Both the position numbers and the translations under genes were made by a program. Of a DNA stretch of 64,000 bases, positions 26,201 to 41,124 are shown one piece after another. The stretch's first letter is position 1, and each line of letters starts with the position of its first letter. Origin of the DNA: Epiperipatus broadwayi (Eukaryota > Animalia > Onychophora); contig JAQFVV010000002.1 of assembly GCA_028023455.1 (NCBI GenBank), forward strand, positions 33,356,001 to 33,420,000, given 5' to 3'. The notes beneath the pieces are model-generated. The model worked only from the letters and a program-made list of their open reading frames with translations, had not been told where the DNA came from and did no database searches.

Positions 26201-27965
26201 TGACATGATTCGCTAGAAAAATCTAAACTTCAATTGATTATAGTTGTTAAACTGAAAATGAAAGTATAAGAGAGGCATATTGTCATGTGAGTTACTGCAT
26301 TGCACTTAATGGGGAAGATTTTACAATCTGAGTGATTCGTTAAGGCTTGTATGAAGAACATTATATCGTGCATGTTAAACAAAGAATCTGCTAAAATTGT
26401 TCATGGTATATTGAAACAGTAAGATTCGTATTCGAATCTTAAGTTTCACCTTTTTCTGTCGTCTCTCACTGACCGGTCTATCCCGCCCAAATTTAAACTT
26501 TTTGATATCGAATTGTGTGTGTAACAATATTAAAAATGTATAAATATATATAGAATTCAGCTTAAACATGCACACATTTCGATCTCAAATTAAACGCAAT
26601 AAATAGGGATAAAATAATATAATTTAGATTTCTTTTAGTTATATAATTTTGTATAATTTTAATCATTTATTTTGGATTATAAAGTTCGTATTTATTGCTT
26701 TGTTTAAATTTCGTTTAATAATAATTCTAAAAATATCTGATGTAATATTTAATTAAAAGTTAAAATAATCTTATGTTCCCTTTTTGTTTTTGAAATTTAA
26801 AAGCATCGGTCAGTGATAGATAATAGATTAATTAAAGAAAAATTCCCCAAAATTAATTAGTAAATGTAAAATGTAAACAATAGAACGGCAGCTTTCTTTA
26901 ATTAAAAACCAACTAAATGCATTGATTATCCTCAGGGCAGATTAAGTAGAACCTAAAAATATCTTAACAAAAATGTGAAAGATCAAGATAAAAAAGAGGC
27001 CATCTTAGACTTGCTGGAGACATTCACTTAAACTTTAGCTTTGCTCTCGATCACTGTGAGTCTCCAAAATATAAAAATAATTTGTTCCTGCCAAGGTATG
27101 ACCGAGTAAAGCACCTAGATTATTCTCCATCGGGAGATGGCCTATCATGCTGAACTTTCATTGCCCGTCATAAATTCACCATGAAGATCTGCTGCCTGAA
27201 ATGAATGAGAAAGCTGCTGCTGCCATGAAATTAAATGAATATCTTAATACAAGAAAGAATTGCCACTCGTGAACTTTTTGCTGCTGTGAAAGTAAAATGA
27301 AACGTCTAAATACAAGAAAGAATTGCCACTCACGAACTATTTGCTATTTAACCAATGGACTTGGAAAACTTCTTATAAAACAGGTACCTGTCTGTGTTCA
27401 CACTCTAGAGTACTCTAATAATATGCTATAGCTATTCTTCATATTACTTATCTAAATTTATAAAATATAAAAACTATCATTTGTATAACTAAAACTGAAT
27501 AATTAACTTAATGTGTAAATTTCTCTACTAATCTAGCTTACCTCATTCTGTCTTGGGTGCATATTTCTATAATCTACATTTCTATCTATAGTTATTATTT
27601 AATTATTGCATGCTCATAATTATTTCAATTTTCAAAGTTTAAATCTATGATCGCTAAAACAATGAATCGTGTCAAATTTTCATTAATATTTACTTTCTTT
27701 AATAACTTAACTTTCATATAAATCGACACGCATTCAATGCTTCATTTATTGTAATGCAGGGGTCTACTACTTCGCAAATGGCTGATGTATTAGTTATAAT
27801 AATTCCCAAGTTATATATGTTTTGTATTTATTAAATAATCAGTGAATAATTCCAGAAAATTACATTTCTTTGAGAGTCACCAACGTTCTTTAGTAAATGT
27901 TGATAATGTAGAGCCGAATTAGAAATCTATTTAAATCTCATCATAATCAATTATCAGTATACATG

Positions 27966-28400
27966 TGTTACGTTTTAGAGACGCGATGACCCTTTCCGCC
28001 GTGAAATTTCCGGATTCTTCAGGGTTGAAATTAACCCCAGTCGGCCTACACAAGCGGGCATAATGGGTGCTCCCGTAGGATTTGACAATGTCATGCAGCC
28101 AGCCGGCAAATCGCGCCACGTACCGCTTGTCCCTGGTTATGCTTATGTGACACCTTACTTCGTCGGACCGAGGCAGAGACCAGTCTGATATTCTTATAAA
28201 CCCATTCGCGGCATTGCAGTTTCGATATACTGCCGTTCCATATCGCCTTTCTAAAGCGTACCACGTGTTCCTTTGCTCAATTCTATTATTCTATATATCA
28301 CTCCGCCTCTGCATTATCTTCGTAATTCACTCTCAAATAAATGTTTGCCCTTAGTTATAAATAAATATTTTAATTAAATAAATATATGTCTGCCGTTACT
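27966..28400 (+). mobile_element. CpG-rich segment, possible solo LTR
   Basis: It begins TGTTACG, has a GC/CpG-rich body, then TATATAT (~28293) and AATAAA (~28336). No matching TSD or clean CA end was found. Confidence 0.35.
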
Positions 28401-28859
28401 CTTATAACCCATACTTTAGACTCTTGCATTGCAAAGGTATAAATTCCCCAAGGCATGCATTAGAAATACTTACTCGAGAATTTTAGGTAGCTAGATTAAG
28501 CCTTCAAATAAGTGAATTCCTTTTGTAAACATTTCAGTATCGGAAATACCGCTACTGAAATCCTCAATATAAAATAATGTGTAAATAAATAAATGTATTC
28601 TTTAAAATATAATCATATTGCAAATCCCGCTACTGAAGCTGTTAGTCCATAAAATATTATTAATGATTGTTTTATTAAAATGTATTAATAAATAATTTAA
28701 AACTATACGTCTGCAATTACGTTTCATTTATTCGATACCCATTCTATCTAATATTTCCTCGATTATGTAAATATGAATGTTTACTTAATATTAGTTTGGT
28801 TATTGGCTAACTCGAGAATAAAATCATGAATCTCTTGCATCTCCCTGATCACCGTGCCT

Positions 28860-30436
<1,577 letters not shown>

Positions 30437-31625
30437 TCTAGTCCATTCAACCTTGTTCCTACATTAGCAATAAAATAATCCATTAGTAAATTTTCTTTTT
30501 TGTTTATTTTTAAATATACTCAATTTTATACTCCATGTGAGAATAAGTAGATGTCAGGGAATACATTTGAAATTATAATTAAATATAAGAATATGAACCA
30601 TTGTTTTGTACATCACTTAAATGTTGCTAAGCGCAGTTAAATTCTTTTTAATCAGTAAACAAACTCCACTTCTGTAGTTGTTTTTTTTTTTTTTAGAGAA
30701 AATATATTTTGTGTTCTGTAATTATTTCATCTTATTCTGATCATCTAATTTGTGTGCTTGCTGTGTTAAAAATTTTCCCAATTTTTATTATTGTATTTCA
30801 GTTTTTTAAAATTTATAATAGACTTCTAATAGTTTCTGCTGCATTTTTTAAGAATATTTCTTTTGTAAGATTAATTTCACAACAAATTTTATGTCTTATT
30901 TTAGGATAAATCTTGCAAAACTAGAGATTATTCTTAATACTTTGATTATTTAAACCTTCCAGAAAATGAGGGATGTTTGAAGATTTGTGCTATAAATTCT
31001 GTTTATTTTTTAGATATATAAGATATTTTATTTTTGCTTTTTGTGTTATACTTCATTCTGTTTTTAGCAATCAGATTTGATTCTAGTTGAAATCAGGGTA
31101 TTCTATAGGTAGAGCTGTGTCTAATATTAGATCATGTTTACTTGCTTTAAAATGAGCTGTTATCTACCCTGACTCTACATTTTAGGTGATTATACTAAAC
31201 TTAACATAGCATTAGCTTCAAACTCGTGTGGTATTTTATATAAATGTCAATACCTACCTTCTGATAATCTATCATATTTATTTATTTCTGCCCTATTTTT
31301 CTGTGGATATACAGTTGCATCTAACTAGGCTGTTTGCTATTTTACTATTCTTGGCTTGTAGGTCTTCTTGGTAACATTTTGCTTCATTTTGTATTTATAA
31401 AACGCTGTCTTGTTAATGTGAAAATTATAGATCAATTACAGATGAAGTCATGAAAATATTTATAAATGAAAAAATGACTTTTCTGACTGATTTACATTTT
31501 TTGTGTTATTCTAATGCTGTATTAAAATTTTTTGAATTTTGAGATGGCCAAGAACTTCCATCCAAAGATTGTTTGTTCTTTAATTCTTAACTATGCTTAA
31601 TATTATATAATGTTTGGTGTTATTT

Positions 31626-32460
31626 TTAAACACTGATATTCTTCATCATCATCATTTTCTAACATTATCTATCCACTGCATGATGAAAGCCTCTTCAAGT
31701 TTAATCCAGTTTATCATTTGCCTCTCTTCTCCATACCATTATTTCATCTATCCATGTCACATGTGGTCTCTTTCTAGATATTTTACAATCTCTTAGGATC
31801 CAATTTAAAACTTCAAACATCCTATTATTATCTTCTCTTCTAGCAATATCAAGCTCAGCTCCATTTCATTTTTTCAGTGATACCTTGTTTGTTCTCCTAC
31901 CTATGTATTTCGTTTTTGATCTTTTTTTGTTATTTCTAACATAAATCTTTCCATACTTCATTGAGTTGTCAGAAGTTTTTATATTGCTCATCTGGTAAAA
32001 GTCCAAATTTCAGATCCATAAATAAGAACTGGTAAAAAACTCATCTATTAAAAACTTTTTTGTTTTTAAACACATGAGTATATTGCCTTTTAATATTATT
32101 TCTAATAAGAGTACCTTATCCAAGTTTAATTGCATTATTAATTTTATCCATTATCTTTCCTTATATATTAATAATTCGGCCAAGGTATTTGTACATTCAT
32201 GATTATCAATTTTTAATTTATGAGAAAATTTATTTAACATTACTTTAGTCTTTTTAGCATTTGTCTTTAGTTCTATTCTCCTATTTTCATCTAGTAACTA
32301 TTGTATCATTTTCTGAGACTCTGAAGCATTATTTGCAAAAGCAACCCTATCACCTACAAAATCTAAGTAACTTAACTACTTTACTCCCTTAGTTTTCTAT
32401 TTTAATCCATAAAATACAACTGCTGTAAAAAAGTTTTGGTAGTGTGGAATCACCTTAGCG
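31626..32460 (-). mobile_element. RTE-type LINE 3' fragment
   Basis: It has a (TGA)n tail and TGCAGTGGATAGATAATG 3' end, and is homologous to 47343-47605 which encodes WAGHIARRDDNRW. Confidence 0.8.
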
Positions 32461-33104
32461 TATATACAATATGCATAATTGTATAAATCAAAGGCCTTTT
32501 CATATAAATCTATATACACATTACTTTTTCTGAGAACTTAAATTATGCTCAAATGAATCTCCAGCTATTTTGGAAAATAAATTTGTTTATATTCTATCCA
32601 CCTTCTAAAAAAAGTTTTTTGCGTTTTTCTTGTTAAAGTAGCAGATTTTGACATGAATTATTTTTAGTAATAAACATTTTTTTGTAAAGATAAACAATGG
32701 AGAATGTTTCATACAGATAATATGAAATCTTGTTTTTCGTATCTTTATTTTTGTATTTTGCAAAATAACAGTCAAATATCAGTAAATGTGAAAGGTTTAT
32801 ACCTGCTTTCATATTGATAGTAGAAAAAAAAAATATCAACTTAATATTCTTTTCCAGGATGTTGACAGTCCAAACTAATGAAAATGGAATAATATTAAAA
32901 TAGTTTTTCAAATATAAAATATATAATTTTTATGAAAATACAGTGCTGTTTATAGTTAAATAATATGATTGAAGATTGAACGAGATTTTGTATATTGAAG
33001 AATTTTTTACTTGTATGGAAAACTAATTTAGTAAAAATATAAATTTAAAAATTTAATTTGAAAAAGTTTGTAATTTGTTTAAATTATTATTATTTTTTCT
33101 CTAG

Positions 33105-33278
<174 letters not shown>

Positions 33279-33590
33279 AACTAATCTGAGTTTTTATGGT
33301 AAGATTTAATTAGTTATTTGGAATTAAAAATATTTATTTAATGATATAAAAGTTAATTATTTAAATTTAGTAATAAAACTATAGCTTGGATTTTTAAAAG
33401 CCAATTGTTCTTTTACTTTGTTGGTATTATTATTTGCTGAATTATTTTTTCAAAGATATTGATTCTGTTAAAGTTATCGCAAAAAGACACATATCGAAAC
33501 TAATTGAAAGCAAAGAAACATTATTTTTTATTTTAAATAATGATTATTAATGGCGTACACTGAAAGAATTTGGCAAAATATGAGAGAAAA

Positions 33591-35974
33591 GAATACTGTT
33601 CTATTAGCTCATGTCAGCCGATTGACAGCTTCATTTATATGCAAAAACACTTAAATATGCCATTTACCTGGCCGCCACTGGCCTTATTTGTATGCGGAAG
33701 CACAGAAAGAGGCTGTTTAATGCATGCTGTTCTGGCGGACAATCTGCTGCTTCATGGTACGCATTTTATCCCAATGCTGACAGTTCAAAGTTCGCTACAG
33801 TATCGTCTGAGGGTATCTGGACTTCAGTCTGCCACAACTCTTCAACTATGCACGTCAAAATAATTAGCTTATAAGTCATCTGAGCTATTACTACTTCCTA
33901 ACAATTGTAAATCCGTCACCATGCTTCTCTCCTCAATGTGGAACCTGCAAAAAATTTGGAAAGCATACGTCCAAACAAGATTTTGACCAGCTCACGTTTG
34001 CGCGAGACATTTCCCAACAAATCACGTTTGCGCGAGACTGCAAAAACCAAGCTGTTTAAATTGTGCCAATTGCCGAGCTGGCACGGTGGTGTTTTTACAG
34101 GACAATAACATACTCCTACATACTAAGCGATGTGTGTGCAGCGAAACGATAAGACTGGAGATGTCCAAAACCATCTCGCAATTGTTCTCTTCGAAAGGAG
34201 ACCTGCTTCGACGGCTCCAGAATCCCGTTTGTTTTGAAAGCCTTAGTGTAAGGCAGATTCAGGAATGAAGCATGCTTCAGTAGCTTATGTCCATTTCTTT
34301 GGTTTGCCCATTTAGGAGGAGTTCACTCCTGGAATCTCCAGTATTTAAGGATTGGCCGATGAAGTATTTTGGAAAGCAATAAAAGAACATAGACACACAA
34401 TACCAAGTACTACACAGTATTGCAGATCCTTATTGACGTTAATATATAGGTATACCCTCTCATATGTTACTGTGCTACAAAAAAAAAACAAAAAACAATC
34501 CATTATGAAATGAATAAAACCTCTTTTTTTCTTAAAGACATTTAATTAATTTAGAAGTGGGTATTATACCAGCATTTTATTCTTAACATGAATAAATTAT
34601 TAATAGCTCTCATTGTTGAACTATTTATGCACATAGACCTCTCTACTGCAAATATTAAATTAGCAGATGACTATATAACTATTGGCCTTATAATACATAA
34701 TTAATTAATACAGATCTGGTTTGATTAAGTTTACATATACAATAAATATAACTTGTCTAATTTATTTAAAAATGAGTTCAACCTTACATAGCAGGGTGAG
34801 AGTAAAATTTGAAGAAATAATTGTTTTGAACTTATTTTAATTTCTATCATCTAACTTCTCATTTATATACATATATTATTCCACATCATCGACTAAATAA
34901 CAAATCAACAAACTTACTTATTTTGTAGATACGCTAACATACATTAATATATAAAGATATTAATAAATAAATATGCTACCTACATATAAATAAATGGGCA
35001 GGTTTTAAGGGCTTTTTTTGTATCGAAATTATCATCTTTGTTATTTTGAAGCGGATAGAAAGAATAACAGAGAACTATATACTAAAGATTTATTAAGTAT
35101 TGGCTTCAAATTGAATGCTATTAAAAAACATATATATAATTTTTATAAAAATATCAATAAACATTTTAGTGATGATAGAAAGTTCTTAACCATCCCATTT
35201 ATAAAAAAGATCACACCAAAAATAATAAAGAATTTTTCCAATGATTTCCAAATAAGTGTACATACTCCTCCCAATACTAATAGATCTATTAATAATTCTA
35301 AAGATCACATTAATCATTAATCAATTCCCCAAGTTGTTTATAGAATAGCTTGCCCTAAAATAGATTGTAAAGCTGTATATATAGGTGAAACATGTGCTAA
35401 TATTGCTAACAGGGTATATCAACACAAGTATTTGTATAATAAAGCTAAAAATAAAGATGAAACTAAATCCATATTTTGGGAGCACCAAATTACAAGCAAT
35501 CATATTTTTGAACCTTCTGAAACTTAGCATTATTTGTTCAGAAAGAAATGGTATTAAAAGAAAAGTCAAAGAGACATATACAATAGCCAATAATAACTCT
35601 GCCATTAACAAAAGAGAAGCTTGCTTTACTCTTTCCAAAGTGTGGAATATTTAATTATTTAAATATATAAAACATGCGTTTAAAAAACATTATTCATTAT
35701 ATATTAAATAGCTATGATTATGGGGTTTTAAAGATTCCCCTGAAAGCGGCTCAGCTATAAAGCTATATAAAATTTAATTAAAAGCTTCACTTATTTATAT
35801 GTATGTAACATATTTCTTTATTATTATTTTATAATTTTAAAGTGATGTATACATATTATATAAAGATATTAAAAATTAATTTTTATGCCGGCAGCCCGAT
35901 AACGTTATATTTCTGTATTTTTGCATATCATCAACGCCATCAAGTAACTGACACAAGCTAATAGAACAATACCG
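33591..35974. mobile_element. Unclassified TIR DNA transposon, 2384 bp, 6-bp TSD
   Basis: The TIRs are ..TACTGTTCTATTAGCTCATGTCAG and CTGACACAAGCTAATAGAACAATACCG. AGAAAA flanks both ends (33585-33590 and 35975-35980). Confidence 0.75.
35000..35680 (+). mobile_element. Penelope-like element 3' remnant (RT C-terminus plus GIY-YIG endonuclease), nested in the TIR element
   Basis: Translation gives FLTIPFIKK..., then IPQVVYRIACPKIDCKAVYIGETCANIANRVYQHK and KRKVKETYTI. These are GIY-YIG motifs typical of PLEs, with stops and a frameshift. Confidence 0.9.
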
Positions 35975-36719
35975 AGAAAACTGAATAAAAAGTCAAAATA
36001 ATAAAAAAAACTTGGCAAAAATATATTTTGCAGCTTTATAAATAAGACCAATGGATTGTAACTAATTTATATGCATTTCGCAGATAAAATTATTATAATT
36101 TAGTGCAAAAAATTGAAGTTTTATTACTATAATTTTGTAATTATAAAAATGATTTTATAATTGAAAATCAAATGCAATATGGTGTTAAATTACAGGAAGT
36201 CCAAAAAGTTTCAGATTTAAAATTTGATACAACATAGTGTTAAAGCCAGCTAATAAGTATCCAGTAAAATATTAGTGAGCTTTGGTAAATGATGCAGTAT
36301 GAAAGGGCAATACAGTACTTCTACATTTACAACAAGGATGGGCTTATTTAATAGCCAAATTAGATAAAGTCTGCAAATAAGTCTATTAAACAGATCAAGA
36401 AAACAAAACCAGGGGGTGGGGTGGGGACATACTGACTACAAAATAATCATTTATATGCTTTAGAAAACTAAAAAGTAGATTACATCAATTTTTTTGTTTT
36501 TTATATCAGTTATTTTTTAAAAAAATTATTAGTGTACAGAATAATTAAAGAACATAAAATATGAAATAATTGCTTGCCTATTTTTTAGGGTTCTATATAA
36601 ATAAATATCATTTTTGCCTACCATATTGTTTTTCACATTTTGACAAATTTTATTTAAAATCTTCAAACTTTAATGATAATTTAAACTGTTAAAATATCTC
36701 GTGACTATCTTTTGCAGCT

Positions 36720-37270
36720 GTTAAACCTAATAAATTTCTCCACCCAATAGTGCACCACCTTCCGGCATCCACTGATTGCTAGAACTTGCACTAGCGCTAT
36801 TGTGTGAAGGAATTTGCTAGTGTTTTAACAGCTTGTGTAAGCATAAGAAAAAGTGATCATGTGATATTTTAATGGATTAATACCAATTCTAGCTAAAGTA
36901 TAATTGTGACTATACCAAAAACATCAAAATATGTAGATAATTGCACTGTATTCAGATCGATATGACCATATAAGAAAATTAACTTGAATTGAAAACATTG
37001 TGTTTTATTTTGGGTTCACAGCTTTATAGATAACCAAAAAACTAAAATGTGGCTAATGGAGGGGTGCATTAATTCCAAAAGTCCAGATGGTACTGCTCCC
37101 AGATTTAAGGTGCCTCCTTAATGAAAACTGTAAACTAGAAATTAATCTGGTGATATTGGTTGAAAAGACACTGGATAGAGATTAAAATGCACAACCTTCA
37201 AATGTCTTTTGATTACTATAGTTAGCATTAGGTGGCGCTATTGTATGGAGAAAACTTGCTACTGTATTAA
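36720..37270. mobile_element. Old, diverged family A copies
   Basis: Recognisable family A pieces include AAATTTCTCCA, GTGATCATGTGAT, AACTAGAAATTAATCTGGTGATATTGG and GCGCTATTGTATGGAGA. Confidence 0.65.
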
Positions 37271-37586
37271 TGATAATTTGTTAATGGAAGCTATCAACAA
37301 GTTAAGGTGCAACATTATTCTTGCAATTGTAGTTAGAATCCAGCATCTAGTTTTAATTGTTCGATTATTAAATTAAAAATAGGCAATGGAAATAGTCCAA
37401 TATGGAATTACAAGTAAAATGTCACAAATATGTAAACAAATATTATTTTTAGAATATTGATACTAATACTCTCTAAGGATATCTCATAATGATAAGTCAG
37501 TGAACTGTAATGAAATTTTAATTTTATTTTGTTAAAATAAACAAAAAAAACTTTCACTAATGAATTATCATGTAATAATCCTATAA

Positions 37587-38230
37587 TCATCATCATTGTC
37601 AAATATTATCAATCCATCTTCTCCGATCTCTAACCTCTCTTTTCCATATCATCCCTGCATAATTGCGTATTTCATCCTCCATTTCACCTATAGTTTATTG
37701 CTGGGACTTATGCAATCTCTTGGAATCCAGTTGAGATTTTAACTGACCATCTATTATCATCTTTTCTAGTAATATATCCAGCCCAACTCCACTTTAGTCT
37801 CTTAATTCTTTTACTGATGTCAATAACACCTCTTTGTTCTCTTACTCATGTATTTCATTTTTCATCTATTCTTGTTACTTCTAACCTGCATCTCTCCATA
37901 CTTCTTTGAGTGACCTGAAGTCTCTGTATTGTTCTTCTGTTATAAATCTCATGTGTAGTAATAATCTGACCAAGATATTTGTAATTGTTTACTTCTTCTA
38001 ACTCAATCATAATCGATCTTTATTTCCATCTTTTGAGAAAATCCATTGAACATTATTTTAGTCTTTTTGTTACCTTTAATCCTATTTTCTTTTTTCTGAT
38101 ACCTCTTGCAACATTTCCTGAAAGAGCATTATTTGCAAAAACAACTACATCATCTGCAAAATCTAAATGACATATAATCTGTATTTACTTTTATTCCTTT
38201 AATTTTCCATTTTAATCCACAAAATGATTC
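37587..38230 (-). mobile_element. RTE-type LINE 3' fragment
   Basis: Homologous to the 31.6 and 47.3 kb copies (CCATCTATTATCATCTTTTCTAG...CCAGCCCAACTCCA). Confidence 0.75.
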
Positions 38231-38307
38231 TACATTTACTATTAAGTTAATTATTTATTGAATTCCAAAAAAAATATTAATATGCCTAATATGACTCTTT
38301 TTTTTTT

Positions 38308-38387
38308 CCATCAGCCGGGAAGCGAACCCACTAACCTGGGACAACTGCTTGTAAGACGGCTGTGCTAACCACTTGACCATCAGTGCT
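38308..38387 (-). mobile_element. tRNA-derived SINE, family C copy 4
   Basis: A box TGGTCAAGTGG and B box GGTTCGCTTCC on the reverse strand. The TSD TAATATGAC occurs at 38287-38295 and 38392-38400. Confidence 0.85.
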
Positions 38388-38450
38388 TGACTAATATGAC
38401 CTTTTGTTGAGATACAATATTGCCAGAATGTTTGCATTAATTGTATTGAT

Positions 38451-38955
38451 TATAAACAAGGCAAAACTCTCCATACAGTAGTGCCACCCTGTGCCAATCA
38501 GAGTAATCAATGGATGCCAGAAGGCTTGTGCATAAAATCCCTATCTAATGCCTACTCATCCAATATCCCCATAATAGTTTCTGGCTTATGGCCTTCGTCA
38601 GTGAGGAGCTTTGGATCTGAGAACACTGCACCTAGATCTTAGGATCTAATGCAACCCTCCAGCAACCACCTTTTATCTCAACTATAAAACTATGAGAATG
38701 AAATTGAAAACACAATAATATTTTCAATTTAAGCTCAATAGCTTATATAATCATATGGGTCTGAACTCAGTTCAGCACTCATACATTTTTGGTGTCTTTG
38801 GCTCTTTAACAACTATAACCACCACTATCCTATTAGGTAGGATTGGTGTTAAACCATTAAGCATATCATGATCACCATCTCTTATACTAGCACATAATTG
38901 TTTATAAACAAGACACAATTATGTGCTAGTATAAGAGATGGCGATCATGTGATGC
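38451..38955 (-). mobile_element. Family A full monomer plus terminal hairpin
   Basis: One full ~450-bp unit runs into the start of the next unit, then folds back as a ~45-bp stem at 38858-38960. The TSD TTAATTGTATTGAT occurs at 38437-38450 and 38956-38969. Confidence 0.9.
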
Positions 38956-38964
38956 TTAATTGTA

Positions 38965-39330
38965 TTGATCATTGTATGTAATGATCACTCCATTAACGAT
39001 GATTTCCAAAGGAAACCGAGCAAGACAAATAACAGACCATTTATTGCAGAAATGATATTTAAAAAACCTGTCAAATATAATGCAAATTCTGTGCGATATG
39101 AAATTGCCATAAGTATCAAACCTATACAACTAGAAAAGCAAATCGACTTGGGTTTCAAAATCCTAAAATATTTGAAATTTCAAATCAGTAGCTTAAATAG
39201 CATAATGTGGATAAAAGATAATCATCAAATATATGTATAATACAAAAAATAGTGTTTCAGACCTAATAGAGAAGGCAGTGTGTCTAAAAAAAGGGTGTAA
39301 GAATCGAGTTTGCGCTTGCTGGAGTTGTCT
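38965..39330 (+). mobile_element. Possible old LINE RT C-terminal remnant
   Basis: The ORF segment KPVKYNANSVRYEIAI weakly resembles the post-RT LP..T.N..VR.E.G motif. Confidence 0.3.
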
Positions 39331-39770
39331 GTATTAAAGAAAAAATTATTAATTGCAAAGTTTTAAAACTTGATAGATTATCAGAAACTATCTTGTTTTA
39401 TCTGTGTGCTTCATACAGTAATGGTAAAAATAAAAGGAATAGTTTAGAATTTTGATGATTAATAAAATCAATAATAAATATTTTGCTATGAGCCATAACT
39501 ACTGGAAATAAATGGAATCTGTCAAGGATTTGAATTCATTGAAATATTTAGAATATCTTAATTTAAATTATTCTTACTTATACTAAGTATTTTATGTTTG
39601 TCATATATGAGAAGCAGTACTTTCTCATAATATGGAGTAAAGAATCATGGATTTTAGTGGACATGTTGATGCAATTTCATTTAAAAAAAACTTTACTGCC
39701 AATAAGTTATTAAGATAACCATATTTGATATCTTAATAATCCCTCATTTGTAATAAATATTTTTGAAATT

Positions 39771-40160
39771 ATTTAAACATCACATGATCACCATCTCTTA
39801 TACTAACACACAATTGTTATTCAACAAGGCAAAACTCTCCATACAGTAGTGCCAACCAGAGTAATCAATGGATGCCAGAAGGCTTGTGCATAAAATCCCT
39901 ATCTAGTGCCTACTCTTCCAATATCCCCAGACTAGTTTCTGGCTTGTGGTCTTCGTCAGTGTTGCATTAGATCCTAAGATCTAAGTGCAGTGCTGTCAGA
40001 TCCAAGGCTCATTACTGACGAAGGCCACAAGCCAGAAACTAGTCTGGTGATATTGGATGAGTAGGCACTAGATAGGGATTTTATGCACAAGCCTTCTGGC
40101 ATCCATTGATTACTCTGGTTGGCACAGGGTGGCACTACCATATGGAGAGTTTTGCTTTGT
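39771..40160. mobile_element. Family A fold-back insertion
   Basis: The arms invert at 39960/39961. The TSD TATTTTTGAAATT occurs at 39758-39770 and 40161-40173. Confidence 0.9.
40009..40050 (+). ncRNA. Family A minimal hammerhead ribozyme
   Basis: TCATTA-CTGACGA-A-GGC-CACAA-GCC-A-GAAA-CTAGT-C-TGGTGA. Stem I pairs fully, including wobbles. Confidence 0.75.
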
Positions 40161-40884
40161 TATTTTTGAAATTGTTGTCTTCAACTATCTAATTTATATG
40201 GCAATCAGTATATTTTTTATGAATTATAAGCCTGTGTTTGGAGTAACAAATGAATTTATGCTTTAAGCAATAGAAGATACATTCAGAAAGTAAAGTTATA
40301 CTAATGGGATGAATTCTTAAATTTAATACAATATGCCACAGAACATGGGGATAGAATGTTGCAATATGATAGAAGCAGAAAACTGATACATATCAAGTAC
40401 TTACCATTTCTAAAAGAACATCCCAATAATGTTTATGCTATAACTCAAATTAGAGCTTATTTGAATATTGTTCTGTTTAATTATTTTAAATACAGATTTC
40501 ACAATTCTGATCTGATTTACGTGAAAGCTTTATATGTAAGAGGAAATAAGGATGGAAATTTTACAATTCTAAAGATTCTCGTTAAAATTATCTACTATTT
40601 TTATTTTAGCATTGCATGTGCATGTGTGATATTTAACCTATTTGTGAGGGGAGGGGTGTAGATAAATAAGATTTGCTGTATAGTATGGAACTGTGTGAGT
40701 AATCAATAGAAAAAAGTTAATATGTTTTATCCTTTGTACTAATTTACAATTCATAGCATGATTGAAATATACTTAACAACACATAAATAAGAATTTTAGT
40801 TTGATGAAAAGTATACTTTTATATATGAAACAAAAAAACAAATTCATAGTTCCGTTTTTTTTTAGTCTTAAGTCTTACATTGTT

Positions 40885-40991
40885 GTCAAGCGTTGTTAGC
40901 TGAGAAGCCAGCACATCTGCCTTGCAAGCAAGTAATTGGTTGCAGACGGTTGTGGGTTCGCCACCCGGCTGATGCTATGACATATGGGAAA
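40885..40991 (+). mobile_element. tRNA-derived SINE, family C copy 5 (boundaries defined by TSD)
   Basis: The 15-bp TSD AAGTCTTACATTGTT occurs at 40870-40884 and 40992-41006. Confidence 0.9.
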
Positions 40992-41124
40992 AAGTCTTAC
41001 ATTGTTTACAAACAGAATCATAAATGATTATATTTAGAATTAATATTGTATTATATTTTTTTTTTACTGCTTCAAGTAAGCCAATATTAATATTTTTTAA
41101 TTCTCTCTTTTTTTTTTTTTTTAG

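Noticed and set aside
27200-27350. Two ~60-bp direct repeats (AATACAAGAAAGAATTGCCACTC) as a CRISPR-like array
   Set aside because: Only two units in eukaryotic DNA with similar spacers; an ordinary local duplication.
33594-35971. Tc1/mariner assignment of the CTGTTCTATTAGC family based on flanking TA
   Set aside because: Inverted complementarity continues beyond TA (CGG/CCG), and exact 6-bp duplications lie outside it in both copies.
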